64,000 bases of DNA from an uncultured bacterium (lineage in GTDB: Bacteria > Patescibacteriota > Minisyncoccia > Phycocordibacterales > UBA6065), in contig CBIMES010000002.1 of assembly GCA_966243015.1 (NCBI GenBank), positions 48,518 through 112,517 of the forward strand, given 5' to 3'. Below are positions 8,196 through 17,441 of this stretch, piece after piece. The position numbers were made by a program, and so were the translations under genes. The notes below the pieces were generated by a model. That model was not told the origin of the DNA. It ran no database searches and saw nothing but the letters and a program-made list of their open reading frames with translations. Each line of letters begins with the position of its first letter. Position 1 is the stretch's first letter.

Positions 8196-8528
8196 ATGAA
8201 CGTCCTCAACATAGAGAAGAACAAGGCGGACATGAGAAAGGGGGTGCTCGAGTACTGCATTCTCCTCATCATCTCCCGCGGCAAGATATACGCGACCGAC
8301 ATCCTCAAGAAGCTCAAGGAGGCTGACCTCATCGTGGTCGAGGGAACGCTCTATCCCCTCCTCAACCGCCTGCGCACCGAGGGTCTCCTCAATTATTCCT
8401 GGGAGGAGTCAAAGTCAGGACCTCCGCGCAAGTACTACACCCTGACAACTGAGGGAAAGGAGCATCTCGCGCAACTCAAAGCAACCTGGAAGTCACTCGT
8501 CGAATCGCTCAGCGCGCTCATGAATTAG
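8196..8528 (+). CDS. PadR-family transcriptional regulator
   Basis: Winged-helix PadR signature: GVLEYCILLIISRGKIYATDILKKL...EGTLYPLLNRLRTEGLL...YYTLTTEGKEHL. Confidence 0.85.
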   Translation: MNVLNIEKNKADMRKGVLEYCILLIISRGKIYATDILKKLKEADLIVVEGTLYPLLNRLRTEGLLNYSWEESKSGPPRKYYTLTTEGKEHLAQLKATWKSLVESLSALMN

Positions 8529-8548
8529 AAACAACACTTACAACCATT

Positions 8549-10096
8549 ATGAAAAAAGCACTACAGATCAGCATCGGAGGGGCCGTCTTCACCATCGAGG
8601 ACGACGCATACACGCGACTCGACGACTATATATCGTCAATCAAGAAGCATTTCGAGGGAACCTCGGGGAGCGACGAGATCATCCGCGACATCGAGAGCCG
8701 CATCGCCGAGCAGCTCGCGGAGACGGGGCGCGCGGCCATTACAGCCGCGGACGTCGAAAGCGTCATCACTTCCATGGGCAGCATCAAGGACTTTGGCGGC
8801 GAGGAGAGCGACGCAGCCGAGGCAAGGACAGAAACCAGGCCAAAGAAGCTCTACCGCAGCTCTGAAGACGTCGTTATCGCGGGCGTTTGCTCGGGACTCG
8901 CGGCGTACTTCGGCATCGACGCGCTCTGGGTCCGCATCGCCTTCATCATCCTCGCCTTCAGCACGGGACTGACCATCATCGCCTACATCGTTCTCTGGAT
9001 CATCATGCCCGAGGCAAAAACACCCGCCCAGAAGCTCGAGATGTCGGGAAGCCCCGTCACCATCGAGACCCTGAGCGAGTCTGTGAAGGAGAAGGTCGAG
9101 GAGGTGCGCGAGAAGCACGGGTCGAGGGTAAAGGATATCCTGCGCGCGCCCTTCGTTTTTGCTGGCCACGTCGTTCGCTTCATCAGGCGACGCATTTTTC
9201 CCCTCATCAGGGTTATCGTCGGAGTAATCCTCGCGGCGACAAGTCTTATCGGCATACTAGCTCTCTCGTTTGTCGCTCCCCTGCTCCTCATCGATGCCGA
9301 CAAGTACGCGGGCCTGCCGCTCTCTGAAATCACGTCGAACTCTCTTATAGCCGTCACGGTCGTCGGCGCCTACTTTGCCCTCGTTATCCCGCTCGCGACG
9401 CTCTTTATTCTCTCGATAGACATCATGAGGAGAAAGACCGTCATGACCGCGGGCATCGCCCTTGCCCTGCTCTTCCTCTGGTGCGCGGCCCTCGTGAGCG
9501 GATCGGTGTCGGGATTCATGTCAGCCGAGCGGATTGACTCGTACACCCGAACGCACGAGCTGTACGAGAAAAGCGTCAAAGAGATGCCTGTGAGCGCCGC
9601 GACAAAAAACGTCCGAGTCGAGAACGGCATGCGCCTCACTTTCGTTCAGGGCGCAGACGCGGCGCTCACGGTGTCCGGTCAAACAAAGTCACTGGAAAGC
9701 GCTCGAATTTTGGAGGAGGGAGACGCCATCGTCATCCGCAGGGACCGACCGAGCTCGTTCTGCATCTTCTGCCCCTCGGCGCCAATCGAGGCAACCCTCA
9801 CCCTTCCCTCCCTCGAATCCCTCTCCGCGGGCAACGGGTCGCGCGCCGACGTTCGATCGCTCACAAGCTCGTCGAAGGTATCATTCTCGTTCGACAACGG
9901 GTCACGGGGAATCCTGTCAGTGACGGCACCAGAAATCACGATCGAGGCGCGCAACGGATCGCGGGTTGATGCGAGCGGCGCGGCCGCGACAGGAACCATC
10001 GTCGCGTCGTACGGAAGCTCCGTTGACGCAACCAGCCTCTCCCTCACCCAGATGGTCACCGACGCCACCTACGGTTCAAGCATAGAGCTCCCATAG
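8549..10096 (+). CDS. PspC-domain membrane protein with a long C-terminal extracytoplasmic extension
   Basis: PspC domain VIAGVCSGLAAYFGIDALWVRIAFIILAFSTGLTIIAYIVLWIIMPE, additional TM helices, and a Ser/Thr-rich C-terminal region. A PadR-PspC gene pair is a common arrangement. Confidence 0.75.
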   Translation: MKKALQISIGGAVFTIEDDAYTRLDDYISSIKKHFEGTSGSDEIIRDIESRIAEQLAETGRAAITAADVESVITSMGSIKDFGGEESDAAEARTETRPKKLYRSSEDVVIAGVCSGLAAYFGIDALWVRIAFIILAFSTGLTIIAYIVLWIIMPEAKTPAQKLEMSGSPVTIETLSESVKEKVEEVREKHGSRVKDILRAPFVFAGHVVRFIRRRIFPLIRVIVGVILAATSLIGILALSFVAPLLLIDADKYAGLPLSEITSNSLIAVTVVGAYFALVIPLATLFILSIDIMRRKTVMTAGIALALLFLWCAALVSGSVSGFMSAERIDSYTRTHELYEKSVKEMPVSAATKNVRVENGMRLTFVQGADAALTVSGQTKSLESARILEEGDAIVIRRDRPSSFCIFCPSAPIEATLTLPSLESLSAGNGSRADVRSLTSSSKVSFSFDNGSRGILSVTAPEITIEARNGSRVDASGAAATGTIVASYGSSVDATSLSLTQMVTDATYGSSIELP

Positions 10097-10116
10097 ACCG
10101 TGGTATAATCGTCCGC

Positions 10117-10584
10117 ATGAAGAAAAAAATAGCAATAGCTGCCGCCGCATTTGCGGCAATCGCCGGAATCACGGCCTACGTCGTCTGGTTCGTCCAGGAC
10201 AAGGACGACGTCCAGGTGGCAAACGTTAACCCCTGCTCGGTCGACGTGAGCGCGCTTATCGTCAAAGACCCCGAGATGCTTCTCAAGACCGACGAGGACA
10301 TCACGCGAGCCGTATTCACCAACTATTTCGACAAGTACAAGAGCGTCCCCGAGTGCCCTCAGGCCGGGATCAAGAACCACAACCTCGCCTCGATCGCGAC
10401 CACCACGCGCGACGGCAATCACATTCTCGCGGAAATAACCTTCGATCTCGAGCCGATCGATCTCGAGAAGACCGAATGGAAGACGCCGGAGGCGACCATC
10501 GACGGCACCTGGGTCAAAGGAAAGAAGGGCACGCTCAGCATTCAGAAGTACGAGGAGGAAAACTCATACTTCCTGGTTCTCTAG
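10117..10584 (+). CDS. Hypothetical membrane-anchored protein
   Basis: N-terminal TM anchor MKKKIAIAAAAFAAIAGITAYVVWFV. No recognisable domain. A terminator hairpin follows. Confidence 0.5.
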   Translation: MKKKIAIAAAAFAAIAGITAYVVWFVQDKDDVQVANVNPCSVDVSALIVKDPEMLLKTDEDITRAVFTNYFDKYKSVPECPQAGIKNHNLASIATTTRDGNHILAEITFDLEPIDLEKTEWKTPEATIDGTWVKGKKGTLSIQKYEEENSYFLVL

Positions 10585-10657
10585 GAACAGTCACTCAGTT
10601 CAGGAAGCCGCCGCCAGGCGGTTTTCTTGTCGTTGTCCCGCACTTCAGACCTCGGGC

Positions 10658-10683
10658 TATAATGCAAATGAGTTGCATATAAT
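10658..10683. promoter_or_regulatory. Palindromic operator candidate TGCAA-N5-TTGCA overlapping a TATAAT -10 box upstream of the ZIP transporter gene
   Basis: tataATGCAAatgagTTGCATataat. The same half-sites recur upstream of the Fur-family gene at 54908-54922. Confidence 0.5.
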
Positions 10684-10724
10684 TCTGCGTCGCGCTATAC
10701 TCGTCATCACAACAACGAACAACT

Positions 10725-11537
10725 ATGATACCCGTACTCATCGCCGCCTTCGTCATCATGCTCGCGTCCCTCTCGGGAATCCTCTTTGTGTGGAAGAGGC
10801 TCGGCAGATGGACGGAGAGCAACATCCGCTATCTCGCCACCTGCTCTATCGGAGTTTTCACGGTCATCATCGTCGGGCTCTTCGGCGAGGCCCTCGAGCA
10901 CCAGAGCGCGTGGAACGTCGCCCTCTACGCCCTCGCGGGGCTTGCGGCCATCAGCATCACCGTCAAGCTCATCCCCAACGCCCACCACCATCACGAGGGC
11001 GGCGACCACGATCACTCCCCCATCGACGCCCGACGCATGCTCCTCGGCGACGCGGTGCACAACATAGGGGACGGCCTGCTCCTCGTACCCGCCTTTGCCG
11101 CCGACCTTCACGCGGGCATCGCCGCCTCCATCGCCATCTTCTTCCACGAGTTCGTGCAGGAAACCTCAGAGTTCTTTGTACTCAAGCAGGCAGGGTACTC
11201 AACCGGGCAGGCGCTCGCCAAGAACTTCCTCGTATCGTCAACCATTCTCGTCGGAGTCGCCCTTTCGCTGGCCCTCTCTTCTGTAGACGGCCTTGCCGAC
11301 GCGCTCGTGCCGTTTGCCGCGGGCGGCTTCCTCTACGTCGTCCTTCGAGACCTCGTGCCGCACACCGTTGGCTCCATACAAAGGCACGGCAAACCGCACC
11401 TCCACCTCGGCAGCCTTATCCTGGGAGCGGCCATTATGATCCTCGTAACCCTCCTCGCACCCCACTCCCACGAGGAAGGAGACACTCACGCCGACGAATT
11501 GCCGAAGGCCGGGGAACGTGCTTTAATGGGGTCCTAG
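10725..11537 (+). CDS. zupT: ZIP-family divalent metal (zinc) transporter
   Basis: Eight TM helices, a His-rich loop HHHHEGGDHDHSP, and the ZIP signatures HNIGDGLLL and HEFVQE. Confidence 0.8.
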   Translation: MIPVLIAAFVIMLASLSGILFVWKRLGRWTESNIRYLATCSIGVFTVIIVGLFGEALEHQSAWNVALYALAGLAAISITVKLIPNAHHHHEGGDHDHSPIDARRMLLGDAVHNIGDGLLLVPAFAADLHAGIAASIAIFFHEFVQETSEFFVLKQAGYSTGQALAKNFLVSSTILVGVALSLALSSVDGLADALVPFAAGGFLYVVLRDLVPHTVGSIQRHGKPHLHLGSLILGAAIMILVTLLAPHSHEEGDTHADELPKAGERALMGS

Positions 11538-11558
11538 CCATTTAAGCATTCACTCAAT

Positions 11559-12071
11559 TTGATTAAAGACAGAATTCGCGTCAATCACCAGATTAAGGCA
11601 CCTCAGGTCCGCGTCATCGGCGCCGAGGGCGAGAACGTTGGCGTAATTTCTATCAGCGAGGCCCTCTCCATGGCCCACGCAGCGGGTCTCGACCTCATCG
11701 AGATCTCGCCTAACGCCCAGCCACCCGTAGCCAAGATCATGGACTACGGCAAGTTCCAGTACGAGGAGAGCAAGAAGCAGAAGGCCGCAAAGGCAAAGTC
11801 CCACACCGTCGAGATCAAGAGCCTCCAGGTTAAGATCGGCACCGGAGACCACGACCTCGCCCTCAAGGCAAAAAAAGCCTCAGAGTGGCTCAAGGAGGGT
11901 CAGAGAATCAAAATCGACCTCTTCCTCCCTGGTAGGTCAAAGTATATGGACCCCAAGTTCCTCGAGGAGCGCCTTCAGCGCATCTTGACCCTCATCAGCG
12001 AGGAGTACAAGATCGCCGAGAAGCCCCAGAAGAGCCCGAAAGGCCTCACCACCATCATCGAGCGAGCCTAG
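11559..12071 (+). CDS. infC: Translation initiation factor IF-3
   Basis: IF-3 N- and C-terminal domains (INHQIKAPQVRVIGAEGENVGVI...; VKIGTGDHDLALKAKKASEWLKEGQRIKIDLFLPGR). Non-ATG start (TTG at 11559, or ATT at 11562), as is typical for infC. Confidence 0.9.
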   Translation: MIKDRIRVNHQIKAPQVRVIGAEGENVGVISISEALSMAHAAGLDLIEISPNAQPPVAKIMDYGKFQYEESKKQKAAKAKSHTVEIKSLQVKIGTGDHDLALKAKKASEWLKEGQRIKIDLFLPGRSKYMDPKFLEERLQRILTLISEEYKIAEKPQKSPKGLTTIIERA

Positions 12072-12090
12072 GCCTCCAAGGTTCGCAAAA

Positions 12091-12127
12091 ATACAACACT
12101 CTTGCATAATGTGCAAGAGTGTTGTAT
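12091..12127 (+). terminator. Perfect 16-bp hairpin after infC (atacaacactcttgca-taatg-tgcaagagtgttgtat)
   Basis: Seen directly in the sequence. There is no long T-tract, so it may be a terminator or an RNA processing/regulatory hairpin. Confidence 0.45.
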
Positions 12128-12193
12128 TAATAAGGCAAAAGATCTTCGCCATTCCGGCCAAGACCTCTCAACCCACAAAAACGAAAGGTTTGG

Positions 12194-12820
12194 ATGAAAC
12201 GCGTAATCGCTCTTATCGTGGCGTTCGTCGCCACTGCCCTGCCCCTCATATCGGCGCAGGCATACCGCTATGACTTTTCGGGGACTATCGAGGAATCGAG
12301 CTACCCGACAAGCCTCCCGACGGGCACCTTATTCTCCGGGCACATCACCGTTGACTGGGACCTCCTCACGGAAATAACCTTCTTCAATGATGCGGCTTCG
12401 TCGATACAGGCAACCATAACCGGGGGAGATCTTACGGTCGGCGGCTACGATTACGACTTTATCGTCGCCTCCGCGGGGTTTAGCTTCCAGATATACTTCG
12501 GACCGGCTGACCCTGATCTCCGGTTTGACGGGTTCAGGGATACCGGAGACTCGGGGCTCACCCTCCCCGGTGCAACCGAGCCGTTCTCCTACGTATCGGG
12601 AGGAGAGATTCCCCAAAGCCTCGTCCTTGGCGAATTTCTCGCCGGCGGAACCCTGGTGATCGCGGCAGTAGACCAGGACACCTGGGAAAGCGCCTCGGCG
12701 ACAGGTTCGATAGCCCTCACGTCGGCAACCGCCATACCCGAGCCCTCAGCGGCGGGCGCCTTGGCAGGGATCCTGGCCGCCATGATTGCCGTAGGCGTCA
12801 GGGACAGAAGAAGGGCCTAA
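12194..12820 (+). CDS. Secreted protein with a C-terminal PEP-CTERM sorting signal (paralogue of 1641..2246)
   Basis: Signal peptide MKRVIALIVAFVATALPLISAQA. C-terminus IPEPSAAGALAGILAAMIAVGVRDRRRA. The N-terminal region aligns with the 1641..2246 protein (FSG..ES..P....G...SG.I.VD.DL). Confidence 0.75.
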   Translation: MKRVIALIVAFVATALPLISAQAYRYDFSGTIEESSYPTSLPTGTLFSGHITVDWDLLTEITFFNDAASSIQATITGGDLTVGGYDYDFIVASAGFSFQIYFGPADPDLRFDGFRDTGDSGLTLPGATEPFSYVSGGEIPQSLVLGEFLAGGTLVIAAVDQDTWESASATGSIALTSATAIPEPSAAGALAGILAAMIAVGVRDRRRA

Positions 12821-12977
12821 AACCCCCTCACACAGGGCCGCTGGAACAAAAACCGGCGGCCTTTTACTTTCATCCGGAAAAAAGCTGATGAATACTGGAC
12901 AAAAAGCCATAATCTGGTAGACTGTCCCCTAACAGCCTTCGGGCTTTTAATTTTTCCCAGAACACGGGAAGCAAGCT

Positions 12978-13166
12978 ATGAAAACCAACAAATCATTCGC
13001 AAAGAGGCTCAAGGTAACCAGGAACGGCAAGATTCTTGGCCGAAAGACTGGTCAGAACCACTTCAACGCTAAAGAGAGCGGCCGAAAGCAGCTCAAGAAG
13101 AGCGGCACCGTCCCTTTCCACATGACCCCAAAGGAGAAGGCTCGCTTCCTCTCGAACCTTATCTAG
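12978..13166 (+). CDS. rpmI: 50S ribosomal protein L35
   Basis: 62 aa, basic, with an L35-like sequence (KTNKSFAKRLKVTRNGKILGRK...). Positioned in the infC-rpmI-rplT arrangement. Confidence 0.8.
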   Translation: MKTNKSFAKRLKVTRNGKILGRKTGQNHFNAKESGRKQLKKSGTVPFHMTPKEKARFLSNLI

Positions 13167-13197
13167 TCCCCTTTTATAATCCCCTTACACCAACACC

Positions 13198-13545
13198 ATG
13201 GCACGAGTAAAGAAAGCAGTTAACGCCCTCAAGACCCGACGAAACGTCCTTCGAGCGGCAAAGGGCTACCGATTCCAGCGATCGAAGACCGAGCGAGCGG
13301 CAAACGACGCCCTCTCACACGCAGGCGCATACGCCTTCGCTCACCGACGAGACAAGAAGGGCGATCGACGAAGCTTCAACATCATCAAGATCAACGCCGC
13401 CCTCGACGCACAGGGCCTCTCGTACAGCAAGTTCATGGGCATGGTCAAGAAGCAGAACATCATCGTTGACCGAAAGATCCTCGCGATTCTCGCAGAGCAC
13501 AACCCAGAGACCTTCGACCGCATCGTAAAGAAGGTAACGGCGTAA
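13198..13545 (+). CDS. rplT: 50S ribosomal protein L20
   Basis: MARVKKAVNALKTRRNVLRAAKGYRFQRSK...INAALDAQGLSYSKFM...VDRKILAILA, a canonical L20. Confidence 0.9.
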   Translation: MARVKKAVNALKTRRNVLRAAKGYRFQRSKTERAANDALSHAGAYAFAHRRDKKGDRRSFNIIKINAALDAQGLSYSKFMGMVKKQNIIVDRKILAILAEHNPETFDRIVKKVTA

Positions 13546-13552
13546 GCCACAG

Positions 13553-13580
13553 AAAAACCGCCCCATGGGGCGGTTTTTCT
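13553..13580. terminator. Bidirectional terminator (aaaaccgcccca / tggggcggtttt followed by a T-tract)
   Basis: Palindromic GC stem with an A-tract on the 5' side and a T-tract on the 3' side, between convergent genes. Confidence 0.7.
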
Positions 13581-13593
13581 TTTGCCTTTTGAC

Positions 13594-13818
13594 CTATATT
13601 CCCATCTCCCTGAGAATACGGGCTCGGTCCTCAGGGGTCGTGGTCGGACGGGCCGCCTCGAGCTCGCCCACCACGCGCTGCCTCTCAGGTGACTGAGGAA
13701 GCTTGTCCGGGGCAAACGACTCGGACGCCACCTCCACCCTCTTGGTCATGGACCAGGAATAGGCCCAGATACCTGCCGCCACAAGACCGAGAACTATAAG
13801 TATAATTACTTTCCTCAT
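13594..13818 (-). CDS. Small membrane protein (74 aa)
   Basis: N-terminal TM helix. Immediately downstream of, and co-oriented with, 13831..14772. Confidence 0.4.
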   Translation of the reverse strand: MRKVIILIVLGLVAAGIWAYSWSMTKRVEVASESFAPDKLPQSPERQRVVGELEAARPTTTPEDRARILREMGI

Positions 13819-13830
13819 GAAAGAGTCGTA

Positions 13831-14772
13831 TTACGGCTTGTAGCAGAACAGGAACGAGTGGTCGACGAGAGAACTTCCGTTTCCGCTGTAATAGACTCTT
13901 TTCTGAAGAACCCCGTTAACCGCATCACAACCCGAATCACCGTTATTTCCGGTCACAGGATTGCTATAAGGGTTGTAACCTCCGCCCCACATGCCATAAA
14001 ACTGCTGTTGCACTGGTATAGAGAGATTCGTCGTATAGCAATACCAGAGTGGGTAATCCACGTCGGTCTTTCCCGCAACCTGCTTTGCGGTATACCCCGT
14101 CGGGCAGGCCTTGGTGTTGCCCGCGAGCGGGTTGGTGTACGTTGACGAGTTGTATGTGTTTCCACTAGTCCAACCGTATCCGTACATACCACCAAATTCA
14201 GCGACCTTTGAGACGTTGGCCGAAGATCCTACACAAACCCAGACGCTGTAGTCGTAATCAGTCCTTCCGAGAACCTTATAGGGGGCATATCCCGTCGGGC
14301 AGGCCTTGGTGTTGCCCGCGAGCGGGTTGGTGTAGTTTGAAGATCCGCCACCGTACATGCCTCCGAAGTAGTACTCGATTTCGGTCGTAGGGTCCTCGCA
14401 GACAGCCTGACCATTCGCGTCAATTCCTCGAAGGAACTCGCCTGGAGGGCACGTTATGGAAGTGGAAACTGGCCACGCATCGAGGCAGACCTCGTTAAGG
14501 CATATGTCGCCCGCAATAGCGAGAGTCGACGGCATCGACGAGGAACCCACTTTCACAGGACCATCAAAGAACGCATCGAGCATTGATCGGAAGCCGTTAG
14601 TCACAAGGCCGCCCGACTTGGTCTGTGTGATCGAGCTCACGTTGATGGGCGCCGGTGCGTCACCCGCCGGAGGAGTTGACGAGGGTGCCGTCCATGCCTG
14701 AATCGAGATTGCGCTTCCCAGAAGAAGCGAGAGGCAGAACATTGCGTAGAATATCGAGCTCTTTGTTTTCAT
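13831..14772 (-). CDS. Secreted Cys-rich protein with internal repeats (YTNPLAGNTKACPTGY repeated twice)
   Basis: Signal peptide MKTKSSIFYAMFCLSLLLGSAISIQA, paired cysteines, and a 44-bp perfect direct repeat inside the CDS. Confidence 0.6.
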   Translation of the reverse strand: MKTKSSIFYAMFCLSLLLGSAISIQAWTAPSSTPPAGDAPAPINVSSITQTKSGGLVTNGFRSMLDAFFDGPVKVGSSSMPSTLAIAGDICLNEVCLDAWPVSTSITCPPGEFLRGIDANGQAVCEDPTTEIEYYFGGMYGGGSSNYTNPLAGNTKACPTGYAPYKVLGRTDYDYSVWVCVGSSANVSKVAEFGGMYGYGWTSGNTYNSSTYTNPLAGNTKACPTGYTAKQVAGKTDVDYPLWYCYTTNLSIPVQQQFYGMWGGGYNPYSNPVTGNNGDSGCDAVNGVLQKRVYYSGNGSSLVDHSFLFCYKP

Positions 14773-14821
14773 CTTTATTTCCTTAAATTTGCTTGTATCA
14801 ATAATAACACCGATCGGGATT

Positions 14822-16057
14822 CTATATCTCCTCGAATCGAGCGCTGACTGGCGACTGCTTTATCCTGTACACCTTCGTCCTCGACGGCACCCCGTCCCCT
14901 GTCGCGTTCAAGGTTACGTAATACCACGTGCAGTTGATAGGGACATTCTCCGCCGAGCATGCGTTCACGATCTTCCTGTTAACCCTGAGCTTGAAAGTGG
15001 TTACCCCGTTGTACGGAAGGGTTATCGAACCCGGCGTCTCGGTGAACCCAGAGGTTCCGAGGGCGTACTCTATCGTCGTGCTCGCCGGAAGTGCCGAGGA
15101 AAGACCTCCGAACGAGATATCAACATCGCCCGTGTATCCGCCGTAGGAAACCACGGTGATTTTCTTGGTCTCGGAATCAGAGCCCGCGTCGCCAATCGTC
15201 TGAAGCTTGATGTCCTCGGGACCTCCGATGCTGAAGCCTGGCTGCTGGATGAGGACCGTGAATGAGGCGGTCTGCGTATTTGAATAGCCCGAGCCGTTCT
15301 GGCAGCTGAACTGATACGTGTAGGAACCGTTCGTGAGAGGACCCGTCATCGCGGACGAGCTGGTCGCGATGCCCGTGACCGTGGTAAAGGCGGTTCCGCC
15401 CGAAGAGGTCTTTGAAAGCGTACATGACGTGCCCACAGGCAGGTCAGACACCGTCCAGGCAAGGGAGACGTTTGATCCGTACTCGATGTCGGTCCTATCC
15501 TTTATGCTGAGTCCGCCCAGAAGCGCGTCAAACGAGACACCGGGGAATCCCGTGGCTATCTGCACGCCGCCGACGCCGGCAAAGTTCACCCAGCCCACGA
15601 CGTCACTGCCCCACGCAAAACCGACGAGACTTGGACCAGACTGGCTTATGCCGTATCCTGTACCAGCCATGCTGATCCAGCCGTCCCAGCCATAGCCGTT
15701 CGCGGACGTCGCCTTTGCCCAACCAACGATGTCAGAGCCGACCAACTTGGCATTGACGGCCTGGGTTCCGTCACCCGTCGGGAAGCCGGAGAGGCCGCCG
15801 AACTGAATCCAGCCGATATTCGGGGACCAGGCGTATCCAGAGAGATCGCCCGTGCTCGGGTTTATATTAACGCCGTAATTAACCGGCGACGCCTGCACGC
15901 CCGCAGCAGACTCGTCATGGTCGTTCGTCGAGTTGAAACTGATCCAGCCGATATTAGAAGACCACGCAAAACCCGAGAGGTTATGCTCACTGCCCGCACT
16001 CGCAAGAAAAGGGGAGAAAAGAAGGGCGAGGGCGAAGAACAAAATACTTTTTCTCAT
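14822..16057 (-). CDS. Secreted repeat protein (GFAWSSNIGWISF-type repeats repeated four times)
   Basis: Signal peptide MRKSILFFALALLFSPFLASA. Tandem aromatic repeats ([FY]AWS.NIGWI.F), followed by a Ser/Thr/Gly-rich region. Confidence 0.6.
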   Translation of the reverse strand: MRKSILFFALALLFSPFLASAGSEHNLSGFAWSSNIGWISFNSTNDHDESAAGVQASPVNYGVNINPSTGDLSGYAWSPNIGWIQFGGLSGFPTGDGTQAVNAKLVGSDIVGWAKATSANGYGWDGWISMAGTGYGISQSGPSLVGFAWGSDVVGWVNFAGVGGVQIATGFPGVSFDALLGGLSIKDRTDIEYGSNVSLAWTVSDLPVGTSCTLSKTSSGGTAFTTVTGIATSSSAMTGPLTNGSYTYQFSCQNGSGYSNTQTASFTVLIQQPGFSIGGPEDIKLQTIGDAGSDSETKKITVVSYGGYTGDVDISFGGLSSALPASTTIEYALGTSGFTETPGSITLPYNGVTTFKLRVNRKIVNACSAENVPINCTWYYVTLNATGDGVPSRTKVYRIKQSPVSARFEEI

Positions 16058-16070
16058 GGCCTAAATTGTA

Positions 16071-17441
16071 TCAGAGAAAATACTCGATGTCCCTCTCGGG
16101 AACCACGGCATTCGCACCGAGCTCGCTGCGAAGCCTCTGCGCGAGGAAAGCCGAGGACTTATTCTCCCCCATCGCCACGAACACCTTCCTGATCTTGGGA
16201 AGGGCGTGGCCTACGAAATCGACGAGATTATCAGAGTCCTTGTGAGACGAGTAACCACTGATTTTCTCGATGCGGGCGCGAACGCGCACCTTTGCGCCGT
16301 CGATTGTGACGCTGGGGCGCTTATCCTCAATCTGTCTTCCAATAGAACCGGCAACCTGATATCCCACGAGAAGGATTGTCGATTTCGGGTCATCGAGGAA
16401 CGAAGTCTCGGGATGAAGTACCCTGCCGCCGACCGACATGCCCGAACCGGCGATAATAATCTTTGGCCCCTTCATGCGATCAATCGTCTGAGACTCCTGA
16501 TGGTCCCGCACGATTCTGAGTCCAGGAAAATTGAAGATGTCGTCCCCTGCCCTGATAACGCCCTGAGTCTTATCGTTGAACTCCTCGATATGGGCGCGAT
16601 ACACGTCAGTGACCTTGATGGCGAGCGGCGAGTCAAGGAACACCGGCACACGCGGCAGGACGTTCGACTCAATGAGATTGTTGATTTCGTAGAGAATAAT
16701 CTGAGTTCTCTCGATGGAAAAGGCCGGAATCACCACCGTGCCGCCCTTCTGAAGGGTCTCGAGGACGATCGACTTGAGGCGAGCGCTGCGCACATCCTTC
16801 GGCTCGTGGTTCCTGTCGCCATAGACACTCTCCATGACCATGTAATCGGCGTCCGTCACGAACTCCGTGTCACGGAGGAGCGGCGTCGGCGAGTTCCCAA
16901 GGTCGCCCGTAAAGGCAATTTTTGTCTTCTTATCCCCCTCCCCGAGGGTTACCTCGATGATGGCTGAGCCGAGAATGTGCCCCGCGTCCTTCCAGTACAG
17001 AGACACCTCTGGGGCGAGCTGGAACGTCTCGTGATACTCAATCGTCTTCCAGAGCGAGAGGGCGCGCGCAACATCCTCCTTCTCGTACATAGGATCAAGA
17101 CCAGACTGACGAGCCTCGCGGGCAATAAGGGCCTGGGCGTCCTCAAGCATGAGGGCAGCGAGCTCCTTGGTCTCGACGGTCGAGTAGATGACGCCCGCAA
17201 AGCCAGCGCGGACGAGCTTGGGTATGCGGCCAATGTGATCCATGTGCGCATGGGTCACGAGCAGGTAATCAATCTTCGCCGGATCATAGGCAAACTCGGC
17301 ACGATTCTCCTCCATGGCGTAACGAGAGCCCTGAATAAGGCCGCAGTCCACGAGAATCAAGAGTTTCGGGGTCTTGAGCAGGAAGTTGGCGCCCGTGGCG
17401 TTACCCACCCCACTACAACATGTCAGGCTATAGTTACTCAT
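16071..17441 (-). CDS. MBL-fold metallo-hydrolase, beta-CASP RNA-metabolising family (RNase J / CPSF-like)
   Basis: HAHMDHIG (HxHxDH) motif, beta-CASP region, and a C-terminal RMMBL-like segment. Confidence 0.75.
   Translation of the reverse strand: MSNYSLTCCSGVGNATGANFLLKTPKLLILVDCGLIQGSRYAMEENRAEFAYDPAKIDYLLVTHAHMDHIGRIPKLVRAGFAGVIYSTVETKELAALMLEDAQALIAREARQSGLDPMYEKEDVARALSLWKTIEYHETFQLAPEVSLYWKDAGHILGSAIIEVTLGEGDKKTKIAFTGDLGNSPTPLLRDTEFVTDADYMVMESVYGDRNHEPKDVRSARLKSIVLETLQKGGTVVIPAFSIERTQIILYEINNLIESNVLPRVPVFLDSPLAIKVTDVYRAHIEEFNDKTQGVIRAGDDIFNFPGLRIVRDHQESQTIDRMKGPKIIIAGSGMSVGGRVLHPETSFLDDPKSTILLVGYQVAGSIGRQIEDKRPSVTIDGAKVRVRARIEKISGYSSHKDSDNLVDFVGHALPKIRKVFVAMGENKSSAFLAQRLRSELGANAVVPERDIEYFL

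Noticed and set aside
10673-11545. 290-aa Arg/Pro-rich ORF overlapping the ZIP transporter in another frame
   Set aside because: The alternative frame (10725-11537) carries clear ZIP motifs (HNIGDG, HEFVQE) and eight TM helices, whereas this frame is low-complexity.
12091-12127. TTGCA-N5-TGCAA inside the infC hairpin, considered as a third operator site
   Set aside because: The half-site order is inverted relative to the TGCAA-N5-TTGCA sites. The motif is the loop-proximal part of a 16-bp terminator-like stem, so it is more parsimoniously structural.
14060-14340. Possible CRISPR-like spaced repeat
   Set aside because: There are only two repeat copies, they lie inside a CDS and are in frame. 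No cas genes are present, and no array structure occurs anywhere in the window.
16206-16967. 253-aa plus-strand ORF
   Set aside because: It is antisense to the beta-CASP MBL hydrolase gene, which has intact catalytic motifs.
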